DNA of 64,000 nucleotides from contig JBBSFI010000001.1 of NCBI GenBank assembly GCA_038238905.1, forward strand, positions 15,756-79,755. Direction: 5' to 3'. The notes beneath the pieces are model-generated. The model did not search any database. It saw nothing but the letters and a program-made list of their open reading frames with translations, and was not told the origin of the DNA. Each line of letters starts with the position of its first letter. The first letter of the stretch is position 1. Shown piece after piece: positions 43,743 through 53,864 of the stretch. Position numbers and translations under genes: made by a program. Source of the stretch: Chthoniobacterales bacterium (GTDB lineage: Bacteria > Verrucomicrobiota > Verrucomicrobiia > Chthoniobacterales > Chthoniobacteraceae).

Positions 43743-44614
43743 GCGGTGCGATGGATGAAACGGTCGAGGATCGGACCGAGCCGGGCTGCCGTTTCGGCAG
43801 GCCAGAGGTCGCGCGCGGTGACGAGCGCCGTGTCGAGCGCGCGGTGCTCGGGCCAGTCCGGCGACAGGGGAATTTGCGGGATAACCTTGGAAAGGACGCG
43901 CTTGGCGGTCTCGGCGTTTGCCAGGAGGTGGCCAACCACCGCATCAGCCGTGACAGGCTCTTCGTCGGTCTTCCAGCAATCGTAATCGGTAATCATTGCG
44001 AGCGTGGCGAGCGCGATCTCGGCTTCTCGCGCGAGTTTCGCTTCGCCAAGGTTCGTCATGCCGATCACATCGAAGCCGAGTCGCCGGTTCGTTTCGCTTT
44101 CGGCGCGCGTGGAGAAAGCCGGGCCGTCCATGTTCACGTAGATGCCGCCGTTGTGGACCGGCAGGCCGAGTTCTCTGCAGGCCTCCGCGATCATATGGCG
44201 CAGCGGTGTGCTCACCGGCTCGGCGAAGGCGATGTGCGCGGCGATTCCCGCGCCGAAAAAAGTATGATCCGCCCGGCGGCTCGTGCGGTCAAAGAATTGC
44301 GAGGGAAGCAAGATATCGCGGGGTGCGTACTCCTCCTGAAGGCTGCCGACGGCGGTGACACAAATAATCCAGCGCACCCCGAGCGACCGGAGTGCGAAGA
44401 TATTGGCGCGGTGATTCAACTCATGCGGCAGGATGCGGTGGCCGCGCCCGTGCCGCGGGAGGAAATAGATCTGCCGTCCGGCGAGGACTCCGCCCACGAT
44501 CGTGTCGGACGGGGATCCCCACGGCGTCTCGATTGTGTGCTCGGTGGGATCGGTCAATCCCTCGATGTGATAAAGGCCGCTTCCTCCGATAACGCCGATG
44601 GCTGGTGCTTGCAT
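43739..44614 (-). CDS. mtnP: S-methyl-5'-thioadenosine phosphorylase
   Basis: 291 aa with IGVIGGSGLY, FLPRHGRGH, VGSLQEEY and GPAFSTRAES...IGMT blocks typical of MTAP/PNP family 2. Confidence 0.9.
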   Translation of the reverse strand: MQAPAIGVIGGSGLYHIEGLTDPTEHTIETPWGSPSDTIVGGVLAGRQIYFLPRHGRGHRILPHELNHRANIFALRSLGVRWIICVTAVGSLQEEYAPRDILLPSQFFDRTSRRADHTFFGAGIAAHIAFAEPVSTPLRHMIAEACRELGLPVHNGGIYVNMDGPAFSTRAESETNRRLGFDVIGMTNLGEAKLAREAEIALATLAMITDYDCWKTDEEPVTADAVVGHLLANAETAKRVLSKVIPQIPLSPDWPEHRALDTALVTARDLWPAETAARLGPILDRFIHRTA

Positions 44615-44709
44615 GCGCGTAGGGTAAAACGCTTAAAGCGGTGGATTCGAGGAGTTTCTACTGGAACAACGGCAGGCAAGCCCGTTATTAAAAGGTGTTT
44701 CCAGCAAAT

Positions 44710-45882
44710 ATGGAGTCACCCGACGTTCAGCTCGAAATTCTGAAGCGCGGCGCTGCGCAGATCATTAGCGAAGAAGAATTGCTGGCGAAGCTGAAGCTTG
44801 GCCGGCCTCTCAACGTGAAGCTCGGCGTGGATCCGACCGCGCCCGATATCCATCTCGGCTTCACCGTGGCGCTCACAAAGCTGCGGCAGTTTCAGGATTT
44901 GGGACATCGTGCGATCCTGATTATCGGCGACTTCACCGCGATGATCGGCGATCCATCAGGACGCTCAAAGACCCGGGTGCAGCTCACGCACGACCAGGTG
45001 ATGGCAAACGCCAAGAGCTTTCAGGCGCAGGCGTATAAGATCCTGGATCCGGCCCGGACACAGACAATCTTCAACGGAGAGTGGTTTGAACTGATGACGT
45101 TCGATCAGGTGATGAAGCTGAACGCGCGGGTGACCCTGCAGCAGATGCTCCAGCGCGAAGATTTCCGGAAGCGGATCGAATCGGGGGAGCCGGTGCATCT
45201 CCACGAAATACAGTACCCGATTATGCAGGGGTGGGATTCGGTGAAGGTGAAAGCGGATGTCGAGCTGGGCGGGACGGATCAGTTGTTCAATATCCTGGTC
45301 GGGCGGGATTTGCAGCGGGAAGAAGGGATGGCGCAGCAGGTGGTCTTTCTTCTGCCGCTGCTCGTGGGCCTCGATGGCGTGCAAAAAATGTCGAAGAGCT
45401 ACGGCAATTATGTCGGTGTGAACGAGCCGGCGCAGGAGCAATTTGGAAAACTCATGAGCATCTCGGACGAGACGATGGCGGCTTACTACACGCTGCTCCT
45501 TGGCGAGGAGCTTCCGGCGATCCATCCGATGGAGGCGAAGAAACAATTGGCCGCGCGCATTGTCGGGCGATTCCATTCGATCGAGGCGGCGGAAGGCGCT
45601 CTAGCCGATTTCAATACCCGGTTCTCGAAGAAGGATCTGGCGCACGCGGAATTGCCAGAGGTGCATTTCGCGGGCGTCGCTCCCGATATCGTGTCGCTGG
45701 TGGTCGCGGCATTCGAGCAGGCATTTGCCGTCAAGAAATCGCGAGCCGACGCCCGCAGGCTCGTCGAGCAGGGGAGCGTGCAAGTGCGTGGAGAAAAGAT
45801 CACCGATCCCAAGGCAGCCCCGGCTTTATGCGCGGGAGACGACCTGCGTCTCGATAAGAAACACGCGGTGCGCGCAGCTTGA
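44710..45882 (+). CDS. tyrS: tyrosine--tRNA ligase
   Basis: Class I aaRS with a HIGH-region variant (PDIHLGF), KMSKS (QKMSKSYGN) and a C-terminal S4-like domain (ARRLVEQGSVQVRGEKITD). Confidence 0.9.
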   Translation: MESPDVQLEILKRGAAQIISEEELLAKLKLGRPLNVKLGVDPTAPDIHLGFTVALTKLRQFQDLGHRAILIIGDFTAMIGDPSGRSKTRVQLTHDQVMANAKSFQAQAYKILDPARTQTIFNGEWFELMTFDQVMKLNARVTLQQMLQREDFRKRIESGEPVHLHEIQYPIMQGWDSVKVKADVELGGTDQLFNILVGRDLQREEGMAQQVVFLLPLLVGLDGVQKMSKSYGNYVGVNEPAQEQFGKLMSISDETMAAYYTLLLGEELPAIHPMEAKKQLAARIVGRFHSIEAAEGALADFNTRFSKKDLAHAELPEVHFAGVAPDIVSLVVAAFEQAFAVKKSRADARRLVEQGSVQVRGEKITDPKAAPALCAGDDLRLDKKHAVRAA

Positions 45883-45946
45883 GTCACGGGCGGCGAGCGT
45901 TTTTTTGCTGGCAACGCGGCGCCGTTCGCCGAAGAAAGTCCGGCCC

Positions 45947-47722
45947 ATGATCGCCGACGCATACCTCCAGAACCGCTCCGAGCTTGGCGCCGCCCTCGGC
46001 GTGCTGGCGACGCTCGCCCACGATTTGCGCGCGGCCCCGGAGACCAGCGCGACGCTGCAGAGCCTTCAGCAGAGTCTGCGCGAACCGTTCCTTCTCGTCG
46101 TCGCCGGAGAGGTGAAGGCGGGCAAATCGTCACTGCTCAATGCGCTTTTCGGACGGGAATTCTGCAAAGTCGATGTCTTGCCGGCGACGGACAAGGTGTA
46201 CGTGTTCAAATTTGGAGAAGAGGATCGCACGGTGCATCTCTCCGACCGGCTGGCGGAATGCTACCGGAACGCGCCGTTCCTGCGGGACTACAACATCGTC
46301 GATACGCCGGGCACGAATACGATCGTCGCCGAGCATCAGACGATCAGCGAGCAATTCGTGCCGCTGGCGGATCTCGTGTTGTTCGTCTTTTCGGCCACCA
46401 ATCCGTGGGTGGCGAGCGCGTGGGAGTTTCTGAAGTTGATCAATAAGAAATGGCTGAAGCGGCTCGTCTTCGTGCTGCAGCAGGCCGATCTCAGAAGCGC
46501 CGATGAGATCAACGCCGTCGCAAAGCATCTCGAGCAGACGATGCTGGAAAAGCTCGGGCACGCGGCGCCGATCTTTGCCGTCTCGGCGAAAAACGCGTTC
46601 GCCGCGAAAACGAGCGGCCTCGATGCGGGCGCGGTGAAAACGGCTCTTGCGGAGAGCGGATTCGACAAGCTGGAAGAATATATCGAGCGGGAGATCGCGA
46701 GCGGCGAAGGACGCGTGGCCAAACTGCGGAGTGTCTGCCAGACAGCGCAGGTGATCTTGCGGGAACTCGGCGATCGGGTGCGTGAAGCAATGGATATCGT
46801 CGAGCGCGACACCCTGCGGCTGTCGGAGATCGAGAACGGGCTCATCGCGCGAAAAGACCAGAGCGTGCGCCAGCTTGCGGGCGTCGTTTGGACGCTGTCG
46901 CAAAGCTACGATCGCGCGCAGCGCCGCGGCGAAGAGCTGCTTGAGGAGCGGCTCACGCTTCCCAACATGCTGAAGATGATCGTGAACAAGGGCGACTGGC
47001 GCTACGACTTCCTGCAAAAGCTCGAGGCGCAGCTAAAGGAGAATCTTCAAAGACAGATCGGCAATTCGCTCGAACTGCTGGAGAGCGATCTGCGCTCGGT
47101 CTGGCAGCAGCTTCATGACACTCTGGTGCGGAACTTTTCGGAGCAGCGCCAATCGGCGGCGACGCTCCCGGATTTCGTCAAGCAGCGGGATGAACTGCTG
47201 CGAAAGATCGAGTTGACGCTGCTCGAGCGCGGCACGTCGGAGCAGGTTGAGCAGCAGCTCGGCAAGCTTTTTGAGGACACGGCGAATTGGATGCGGATCC
47301 CGGCGGGAGTCGCGGCCGGCGGCGCCGTCGCCACAGTCATCGCGATCGTCGCCCACAGCGCGGTCTTCGAGCCGACCGGCATTCTCGCGCTGACGGGCCT
47401 GGCTGGCGGAAGCGCAATCGGGATTTGGAAGCGGCGCAAAATCGTCTCGGAATTCCGGAAGCAGATGGACGAGAAGCGCGACACAACGTTAAGCGGCGTG
47501 GAAGATCACCTAAGACATTCGGTCGATCGGTTTTATCAGGAGCTCGCTGGAACGTTTGCGCCGTTCCAGAACTTCTGTGAAACCCAGCGAAAGCTCTACG
47601 CGCCCATGATCACACGGCTGCGCGAACTCGAGGATACTTTCACGCGGCATAGCGCGGACTTGAGCACGGCAGCCCGCGCGGAGGGATCTGCCGAGACACA
47701 GCCGGTCGGCGGGAAGACCTGA
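45947..47722 (+). CDS. bacterial dynamin-like GTPase
   Basis: ATG 45947. G1 is VVAGEVKAGKSSLLNAL and G3 is DTPGTN. A long helical stalk follows, with a hydrophobic paddle (IPAGVAAGGAVATVIAIVAHSAVFEPTGILALTGLAGGSAIGIW). Confidence 0.8.
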   Translation: MIADAYLQNRSELGAALGVLATLAHDLRAAPETSATLQSLQQSLREPFLLVVAGEVKAGKSSLLNALFGREFCKVDVLPATDKVYVFKFGEEDRTVHLSDRLAECYRNAPFLRDYNIVDTPGTNTIVAEHQTISEQFVPLADLVLFVFSATNPWVASAWEFLKLINKKWLKRLVFVLQQADLRSADEINAVAKHLEQTMLEKLGHAAPIFAVSAKNAFAAKTSGLDAGAVKTALAESGFDKLEEYIEREIASGEGRVAKLRSVCQTAQVILRELGDRVREAMDIVERDTLRLSEIENGLIARKDQSVRQLAGVVWTLSQSYDRAQRRGEELLEERLTLPNMLKMIVNKGDWRYDFLQKLEAQLKENLQRQIGNSLELLESDLRSVWQQLHDTLVRNFSEQRQSAATLPDFVKQRDELLRKIELTLLERGTSEQVEQQLGKLFEDTANWMRIPAGVAAGGAVATVIAIVAHSAVFEPTGILALTGLAGGSAIGIWKRRKIVSEFRKQMDEKRDTTLSGVEDHLRHSVDRFYQELAGTFAPFQNFCETQRKLYAPMITRLRELEDTFTRHSADLSTAARAEGSAETQPVGGKT

Positions 47723-47738
47723 AGGCCAATGCTCGTTC

Positions 47739-48671
47739 ATGGACGTCACTTTTATCGCGATCGAGATTGGCGGTACGAAGCTCCAGCTTTATGCAGGGCG
47801 CGGGTGCGGGGAGATTCTCGAGCGGCAGCGCTGCGCGGTGGTGAGGGATGCGGGCGGTGAGGGGATCCGAAAACAGATCTCGGCTGTTCTGCCGGGACTG
47901 ATCGACCGGTGGAAACCAAAGGCAATCGGGACGGGTTATGGCGGACCCGTCGATTGGAAGGATGGGACGATTGTGAAGTCCCACCAGATCGCAGGCTGGG
48001 AGGGGTTTCCCCTCGGGGCATGGCTGTCGGAGATCGCAGGACTTCCCGCATTCGTGGAAAATGACGCCAACACGGCGGCGCTCGGCGAGGCGATCCACGG
48101 AGCAGGCCGCGGTCGCGACCCGGTCTTCTATATTACGCTGGGAAGCGGTGTGGGAGGAGGGCTTGTCGTGGATGGCTCGATTTATCACGGTGCGGCGCCG
48201 GGCGAGGTGGAGATTGGGCATGTAAGGCTCTCTCCCGATGGAGCGATCGTCGAGGAAGTCTGCTCGGGGTGGGCTGTCGATAAGCGCGTCCGCCGCGCGG
48301 TGGAAGAATGGCCGGAAAGCAAGCTCGCATCTCTCGTCGCTGCATCGGAGCGCGGAGGAGAGGCGCGCCACCTCTCTGCGGCAGTCGCAGCGGGAGACGA
48401 TGCGGCTCGGACGGTACTCACGGAAATTGTGGAAGCTCTGGCATTTGCGCTCTCGCACGTGGTCAACCTGTTGCATCCGGAAATCATCGTCCTCGGCGGC
48501 GGGTTATCGCTCATGGGGGAGCCTCTCCGGGCCGGACTTGCGGCGGCAATCCCGCGCTTTGCGATGGAGCCATTCCGACGCGGATTGCTTGTCTCACTCG
48601 CCACGCTGCGCGAAGATTCCGTCCCGATCGGCGCCCTTTCGCTTGCGGCGCGGCGGTCCGCGGCGGCGTGA
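47739..48671 (+). CDS. ROK-family sugar kinase
   Basis: 310 aa with IAIEIGGTKL, VENDANTAALGEA and GSGVGGG motifs. Confidence 0.85.
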   Translation: MDVTFIAIEIGGTKLQLYAGRGCGEILERQRCAVVRDAGGEGIRKQISAVLPGLIDRWKPKAIGTGYGGPVDWKDGTIVKSHQIAGWEGFPLGAWLSEIAGLPAFVENDANTAALGEAIHGAGRGRDPVFYITLGSGVGGGLVVDGSIYHGAAPGEVEIGHVRLSPDGAIVEEVCSGWAVDKRVRRAVEEWPESKLASLVAASERGGEARHLSAAVAAGDDAARTVLTEIVEALAFALSHVVNLLHPEIIVLGGGLSLMGEPLRAGLAAAIPRFAMEPFRRGLLVSLATLREDSVPIGALSLAARRSAAA

Positions 48672-48720
48672 CAAAGGCTTTCTTTCCCCTGCAATGCGTG
48701 GCTTATTGCCCGCTCTCAAA

Positions 48721-49290
48721 ATGCAGACTTGGATTCAAGATTATCTTACCTCACAGAAGCGGGCCATCGACTCGATTCCGGTGGACGGCGTCGCGCGCTG
48801 CGTGGCGCTTCTAGCCGAAGCGCATCGCAGCAATCGACAGATTTTTATTTGCGGCAATGGCGGGAGCGCAGCCAATGCATCACACTTCGCCACCGATCTT
48901 GGGAAAGGATCGTCGGACAAGCTCGGCAAGCGCTTTCGAGTGCTTTCGCTAAACGATAATGTGAGCTGGATGACGGCAATCGGAAACGATTACTCGTACG
49001 ACGACGTTTTCGTGCGCCAGCTCGAGAACTATGGCCAGGCTGGAGATGTCCTCATTACCGTCAGTGTAAGCGGCAATTCTCCGAACGTGGTAAAAGCACT
49101 CGAGTGGGCCAAGGCAAATGGCGTGCGCTCCATTGCACTCGTCGGCGCCAAGCGCGGAAAAGCCGCGGATCTCGGCGACGAGACCATCGTAATCGCCGAC
49201 ACACATTATGGACGCGTAGAGGACGCGCAGATGCATGTGCTTCACCTCCTCTGCTACGCGTTCATGGAACGGCCCGAAGCGGTCGCGTAG
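48721..49290 (+). CDS. gmhA: SIS-domain phosphoheptose isomerase
   Basis: ATG 48721 (alternative 48694) gives ~190 aa with ICGNGGSAANASHFATDL and VSVSGNSPNV, typical of GmhA. Confidence 0.75.
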   Translation: MQTWIQDYLTSQKRAIDSIPVDGVARCVALLAEAHRSNRQIFICGNGGSAANASHFATDLGKGSSDKLGKRFRVLSLNDNVSWMTAIGNDYSYDDVFVRQLENYGQAGDVLITVSVSGNSPNVVKALEWAKANGVRSIALVGAKRGKAADLGDETIVIADTHYGRVEDAQMHVLHLLCYAFMERPEAVA

Positions 49291-49298
49291 CTCTGAGT

Positions 49299-50270
49299 TT
49301 AGATCAGGCGCAGCCGCGCCAAATCCTGCGAATCGACGATGCCGATCGGGCGGTTCGTTTCGTCCACGACGATGATGTCGTCGATGCAATGCTTCTCGAC
49401 GATGTGGAGCACTTCGATCGCGAGCTTCTCGCCCGCGACCGTAATGGGGCTTTTCGTGAGGAAAGTCTCGACGGGAAGCTGACCGATCCCCGGATTGCTC
49501 TGGAAATGCCGGGCGAAATCGCCGTGGGTAAAGATGCCGGCGAGGCGCCCGGAGTCATCGATCGCAATGGCCGCGCCGGCCCGGCGGCTGGTCATTTCTT
49601 GCAACACCCCGGCGACTGAAAGAGACGGGGCGACAATCGCCATCCGATCTGGACCGCGCATAATTTCGCGCACCTTGAGCAGAAGCGAACGGCCGAGTCG
49701 TCCGCCTGGATGGTATCGCGCAAAGTCTTCCTTCGTGAAGCCGCGCGCTTCGAGTAGAACCATCGCGAGCGCATCGCCCAGCACCAGCATGTCCGTTGTG
49801 CTCGATGTGGGCGCGAGGTTGAGTGGGCACGCCTCTTGTTCTACGCTCGTGTCGAGCACGATATGACTGGCCTTTGCAAGCGTGGAAGAGAGATTTCCCG
49901 TGAGGGAGACGATCTGAATGTCGAAGCGCGCGAGGGCGGGGAGGATGTTGACGAGTTCATCCGTCTCGCCGCTCTGACTGAGCGCGAGCACCAGATCTCC
50001 ATCCGAAATAACGCCGAGATCGCCGTGCAGCGCATTCAGTGAATTGAGCGTTACGGCGGGGCAACCCGTGCTCGTGAGCGTGGCGGCGATTTTGTCGCCG
50101 ATGTGCCCGGACTTGCCCACTCCGCAGACCACCACTTTGCCACGGCGATCGAGACAATCGATCATCGCGCGGATCGCCCGTACGAAGGAATCGCCAACGC
50201 GATCGTGCAGCCGCTCGAGTTCCGCGATCTCGAGGCGAATGACGCGGCGCGCACGCTCGATGTCGTCCAT
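49299..50270 (-). CDS. kdsD: arabinose-5-phosphate isomerase (KdsD/KpsF; SIS + tandem CBS)
   Basis: Start at MDDIERARR (50270). SIS motif VVVCGVGKSGHIGDKIAATL..SQSGETDE, followed by two CBS domains. Confidence 0.85.
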   Translation of the reverse strand: MDDIERARRVIRLEIAELERLHDRVGDSFVRAIRAMIDCLDRRGKVVVCGVGKSGHIGDKIAATLTSTGCPAVTLNSLNALHGDLGVISDGDLVLALSQSGETDELVNILPALARFDIQIVSLTGNLSSTLAKASHIVLDTSVEQEACPLNLAPTSSTTDMLVLGDALAMVLLEARGFTKEDFARYHPGGRLGRSLLLKVREIMRGPDRMAIVAPSLSVAGVLQEMTSRRAGAAIAIDDSGRLAGIFTHGDFARHFQSNPGIGQLPVETFLTKSPITVAGEKLAIEVLHIVEKHCIDDIIVVDETNRPIGIVDSQDLARLRLI

Positions 50271-50274
50271 CCCG

Positions 50275-50553
50275 TTAGATGCGCTCCCGCTCCTCCTGAG
50301 CCTTGAATTCGTGGAGCAACTGCGAGAGTTCCTCGATTGCCTGCTCTGCTTCGGGGCCGGTCGCTTCCAAAACGAGGAGCGTACCACAATCGAGATTTGC
50401 GCTGAGCACTTCCAGGATGCTGGCGGCGGAAAAGGACTCCTCGCCTTTAATGAGCACGATGTCGCATTTGAATTTGTGAGCCGCTCGCACGAACTCAGAA
50501 GCGGGCCGCGCGTGCAGCCCGAGTTCGTTCAGGATTTTGACTTCTCGCCTCAT
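50275..50553 (-). CDS. ptsH: HPr-family phosphocarrier protein
   Basis: 92 aa. The GLHARPA active-site His region and the SAASILEVL Ser region are both present. Confidence 0.85.
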   Translation of the reverse strand: MRREVKILNELGLHARPASEFVRAAHKFKCDIVLIKGEESFSAASILEVLSANLDCGTLLVLEATGPEAEQAIEELSQLLHEFKAQEERERI

Positions 50554-50615
50554 TTAGTGATTTAAACGAGCATAACGCCCAGCCCGAAGGCGGCAAACTT
50601 TTCCCACCACGCTTC

Positions 50616-51788
50616 TTGCCGGAATCCTCATCGAACAACGCTCCGCCTGTCGCCGCGCAATATGTGGCGACGTTTTTGAAACCGGAGATGCTGCATATCT
50701 ACCGGCAGATTCGTGCGCTGCGCGATTTTGACCCTGTGGTATTTTGCCAGAAGCGCGAAAATGCGGACGCATTTCCCTTCGAGCGGCTCGAAGTGGTCCC
50801 CAAGCCTGCTACGCACCAGCTTCGCCGGTGGTGGCAAAAAACGATTCTCGGTGGGCCGATCGTCATGTACCGCTCGGAAGCGCTCCGGCTGGCATCTGCG
50901 ATCGAGCGCGCGGGTTCGAAGGTGCTGCACATCTATTTTGGACATATTGCCGCCCATCTGCTTCCGCTGATGGACGTCTTGTCGATTCCGATTGTGGTTT
51001 CCTTCCACGGAGCGGACGCGCAAGTCGATCTCGGCAAGCCAGCGCACCTTGCTGCGGTTCGCGAGGTGCTTCGTAAGGCGCGGCGGGTGCTCGTGCGCTC
51101 ACGGTCGATTGCGGACCGGTTGCGCGCGCTCGGCTGCGATGAAGGAAAACTCCGGCTGCACGGCGCCGGATTGCCCCTTGGAGAAATCGCCTTTTTGGGG
51201 CGCCTGCCCCCACCCGGCGGGCAGTGGCGGTGCGTCCAAACGTGCCGCTTGATTCCGAAGAAGGGTTTGCGGACCACTCTCCGGGCTTTCGCGGAATTCA
51301 AAAAGGACTTTCCCCAAGCAACACTCACGATCGCTGGCGAAGGGCCGATGCTCGGAGAATTGCGTGCGCTTGCCGATGGGCTCGGAGTCGGGGAAGCCGT
51401 CGATTTTGCAGGATTTCTTCCGCAGGAATCGTTGCGCGGCCTGCTAGCCCGGTCGCATCTTTTCCTGCATCCCAGCGAGATGGGCGCCGATGGGGATCAG
51501 GAGGGGATCCCCAACTCGATGCTGGAGGCGATGGCTGGCGGACTTCCGGTCGCGGCGACCCGGCATGGCGGGATACCAGAGGCGATCGAAGAAGGCGTTT
51601 CGGGATTGCTCTCCGACGAGGGCGATGCGGCGGGGCTGGCGGCGAATATGCGGCGGCTGGCCAGCAGTCCGGAATTATGCGAACGGATCGGCAGAACCGG
51701 CTCCGAGAACGTGCGCAGGCATTTCGACATCGAGGCGCAGACGCGCGTGCTCGAAGGGATCTATCGGGAGTGCTTGCCGGAGACGTGA
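50616..51788 (+). CDS. glycosyltransferase family 4 (GT-B)
   Basis: 390 aa. The C-terminal EGIPNSMLEAMAGGLPVAATRHGGIPEAI is the E-x7-E GT4 signature. The start codon (TTG 50616) is uncertain. Confidence 0.8.
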   Translation: MPESSSNNAPPVAAQYVATFLKPEMLHIYRQIRALRDFDPVVFCQKRENADAFPFERLEVVPKPATHQLRRWWQKTILGGPIVMYRSEALRLASAIERAGSKVLHIYFGHIAAHLLPLMDVLSIPIVVSFHGADAQVDLGKPAHLAAVREVLRKARRVLVRSRSIADRLRALGCDEGKLRLHGAGLPLGEIAFLGRLPPPGGQWRCVQTCRLIPKKGLRTTLRAFAEFKKDFPQATLTIAGEGPMLGELRALADGLGVGEAVDFAGFLPQESLRGLLARSHLFLHPSEMGADGDQEGIPNSMLEAMAGGLPVAATRHGGIPEAIEEGVSGLLSDEGDAAGLAANMRRLASSPELCERIGRTGSENVRRHFDIEAQTRVLEGIYRECLPET

Positions 51789-51810
51789 GGCAGTTCAGTA
51801 ATCGGTGCGC

Positions 51811-53160
51811 CTAAACTCGCGCGGCGACCGGTTGAGGGGCGCGCGCCGCCGGTGCAGGGGGCGGCGGCTTGGCGACAGGCAGTTTCGGTGGGACAGGAGC
51901 GAGCTTCATATTCAGCACCAGGCTGCCCGACGGCGCCGAGCCGGATTCCGCCGCTCTTCCATTGTGCGGCGCATGCTCTCCTTGCGTCTCGCTGCCCTTC
52001 GCGACATCGAGCCGATACCCGTGCGGCGTCGTGTCGTCTTTGCCGATCCGTTTCATCGAGAGATCGAGCGACTGCCGCATCATCTGCTTGTTCACGGAGT
52101 AGAGCATCGCTGTATCGAGTGAGATCCGTCCGGCTTCGTAATGTTGAATGATATCCTGCTCGAAACTGTGCCATCCCATGGTTACGCCCGCCTCGATTGC
52201 GGCGTGCATATTGCGGAGTTCGCTCTCACCAAGCTGCACGATCTCGCGTGTGCGCAGATTGTTCCCCATGATTTCGGTAAGCAACTGCCGGCCGCCGCCC
52301 TCCTTTGGCGCCAGCCGCTGGCTCACGATATAGCGCAGCGTCGCGGCCACCCGCTCCCGCACTTGCGGCTGCTCGCCATGCTCGAACATGCCGACGATGC
52401 GGCTGATCGATTGCCCGGCGCTGATCGTGTGGAGCGTCGAAAAGACTAAATGACCGGTTTCGGCGGCGGTGAGCGCGATCTCCATCGTCTCTCGATCACG
52501 GATCTCGCCGACGAGAATCACCTTTGGCGCCTGGCGCAAGGCCGCGCGCAATCCCATTGCGAAGGAAGAGTAGTCGCGCCCCAGCTCGCGCTGGCTGAAC
52601 GTTGCGCTGTTTTGCGGATGGAGAAATTCGACGGGATCTTCCAGAGTCACCACATGGACCCGTGACGTCTTATTGATCTCATTGAGCATCGCGGCCAGAG
52701 TCGTGGTTTTCCCCGATCCCGTGGCTCCGGTGCAAAAGATGATGCCGTTTTTCTCGCGCACCATCTCCCGGAAAACGGGCGGCAGGTGAAGAGTCTCGAG
52801 AGTGGGAATCTCGGTGGAAAGATTCCGCATGACGATCGCGTGGCGTCCGTACTGGCGGAAGACATTCACTCGAAACCGCGCTTTGTCGGAAAGCGCGTAA
52901 CTGGTGTCGCAAGAACCGTTTTCCGAGAGATCTTTGACGAGCCGCTCGTTGCCCGCGATGAGAGTTTCTGCGAAGCGCTGGGTCTGCCCGGCATTCAGGC
53001 ATGGCAGTAGATCGGGAATCTCAATAACGGTGAGCACTCCGTTGATTTCCACCTGCGGCGGCTGGCCGACGACAAAAAGAAGGTCCGATGTTCCATCTCC
53101 GCCACGCTTCAGCATGGTCTCGATTACTTGATCGAACGGTGTCCACGAGTCGTTTTCCAT
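51811..53160 (-). CDS. pilT: PilT-family type IV pilus retraction ATPase with C-terminal low-complexity extension
   Basis: Walker A is CTGATGSGKTTTLAAM. The Asp box, Walker B (VILVGEIRD) and His box (GHLVFSTLHT) are present. About 90 extra C-terminal residues end in a Pro/Ala-rich tail. Confidence 0.85.
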   Translation of the reverse strand: MENDSWTPFDQVIETMLKRGGDGTSDLLFVVGQPPQVEINGVLTVIEIPDLLPCLNAGQTQRFAETLIAGNERLVKDLSENGSCDTSYALSDKARFRVNVFRQYGRHAIVMRNLSTEIPTLETLHLPPVFREMVREKNGIIFCTGATGSGKTTTLAAMLNEINKTSRVHVVTLEDPVEFLHPQNSATFSQRELGRDYSSFAMGLRAALRQAPKVILVGEIRDRETMEIALTAAETGHLVFSTLHTISAGQSISRIVGMFEHGEQPQVRERVAATLRYIVSQRLAPKEGGGRQLLTEIMGNNLRTREIVQLGESELRNMHAAIEAGVTMGWHSFEQDIIQHYEAGRISLDTAMLYSVNKQMMRQSLDLSMKRIGKDDTTPHGYRLDVAKGSETQGEHAPHNGRAAESGSAPSGSLVLNMKLAPVPPKLPVAKPPPPAPAARAPQPVAARV

Positions 53161-53286
53161 TTGTGTATGCGCACCGCACGTAGCGAGGGGCGTGCCAAAC
53201 GCCCCGGGAGTATTTTTTCAGGGACTTCGCGTGGCATTGCCGCATTGGACATTGAAACGAGTGGCCGCAACGTTGCACCTTCCCCT

Positions 53287-53793
53287 ATGCGCCGATCCTC
53301 CGCCCTCGCCTTGCTTGTACTTGCGTTCCTCGTCGGAGGTTGCGCCAGCACTCCGCCTTACGTGTATCATTATGTGCCCGGTCGCTCGGCGATTTTGCGC
53401 GATGGCTACGCCGAACCCCCTGCGAGCGCTCCCTCGCCAGTATTGCTCGCCATTGCTGCCGGCAATCGGATAGCCGGGAGTCCGTATTCCTACGGAGGCG
53501 GACACGCGCGCGAGATTGATTCGGGCTATGACTGTTCCGGCGCGACTTCCTATGTCCTGAATGCCGCCGGCTCGCTGCACGGCTCCATGCCGTCCGACGC
53601 TTTTCGCCATTACGGCGAATCCGGCCCAGGCAAGTGGATCACAGTCTATGCGCGGCGAGGACATGTATTCCTGGTCGTCGCTGGCCTGAGATTCGACACC
53701 GGCTGGTCCGGCGACGCTTCAAGCGGTCCGCGCTGGACTACGCACAGCCGGCCCGCGACGTACTGCGTGCTGCGGCATCCGCGCGGACTTTGA
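53287..53793 (+). CDS. NlpC/P60 (C40) family lipoprotein
   Basis: ATG 53287 gives the lipobox LAFLVGGCAS. The catalytic-Cys context is YSYGGGHAREIDSGYDCSGATSYV, with a downstream His (RRGHVFLV). Confidence 0.75.
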   Translation: MRRSSALALLVLAFLVGGCASTPPYVYHYVPGRSAILRDGYAEPPASAPSPVLLAIAAGNRIAGSPYSYGGGHAREIDSGYDCSGATSYVLNAAGSLHGSMPSDAFRHYGESGPGKWITVYARRGHVFLVVAGLRFDTGWSGDASSGPRWTTHSRPATYCVLRHPRGL

Positions 53794-53864
53794 CGCAAGC
53801 CCGGGTATCGATGTGACGTTATTGATAGGTAACTCGGTCGACGCAAGGAGACGCGTCGGGACCT

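Noticed and set aside
45883-45946. Intrinsic terminator after tyrS, suggested by a run of seven T at ~45900.
   Set aside because: I could not find a convincing GC-rich stem immediately upstream of the T-run.
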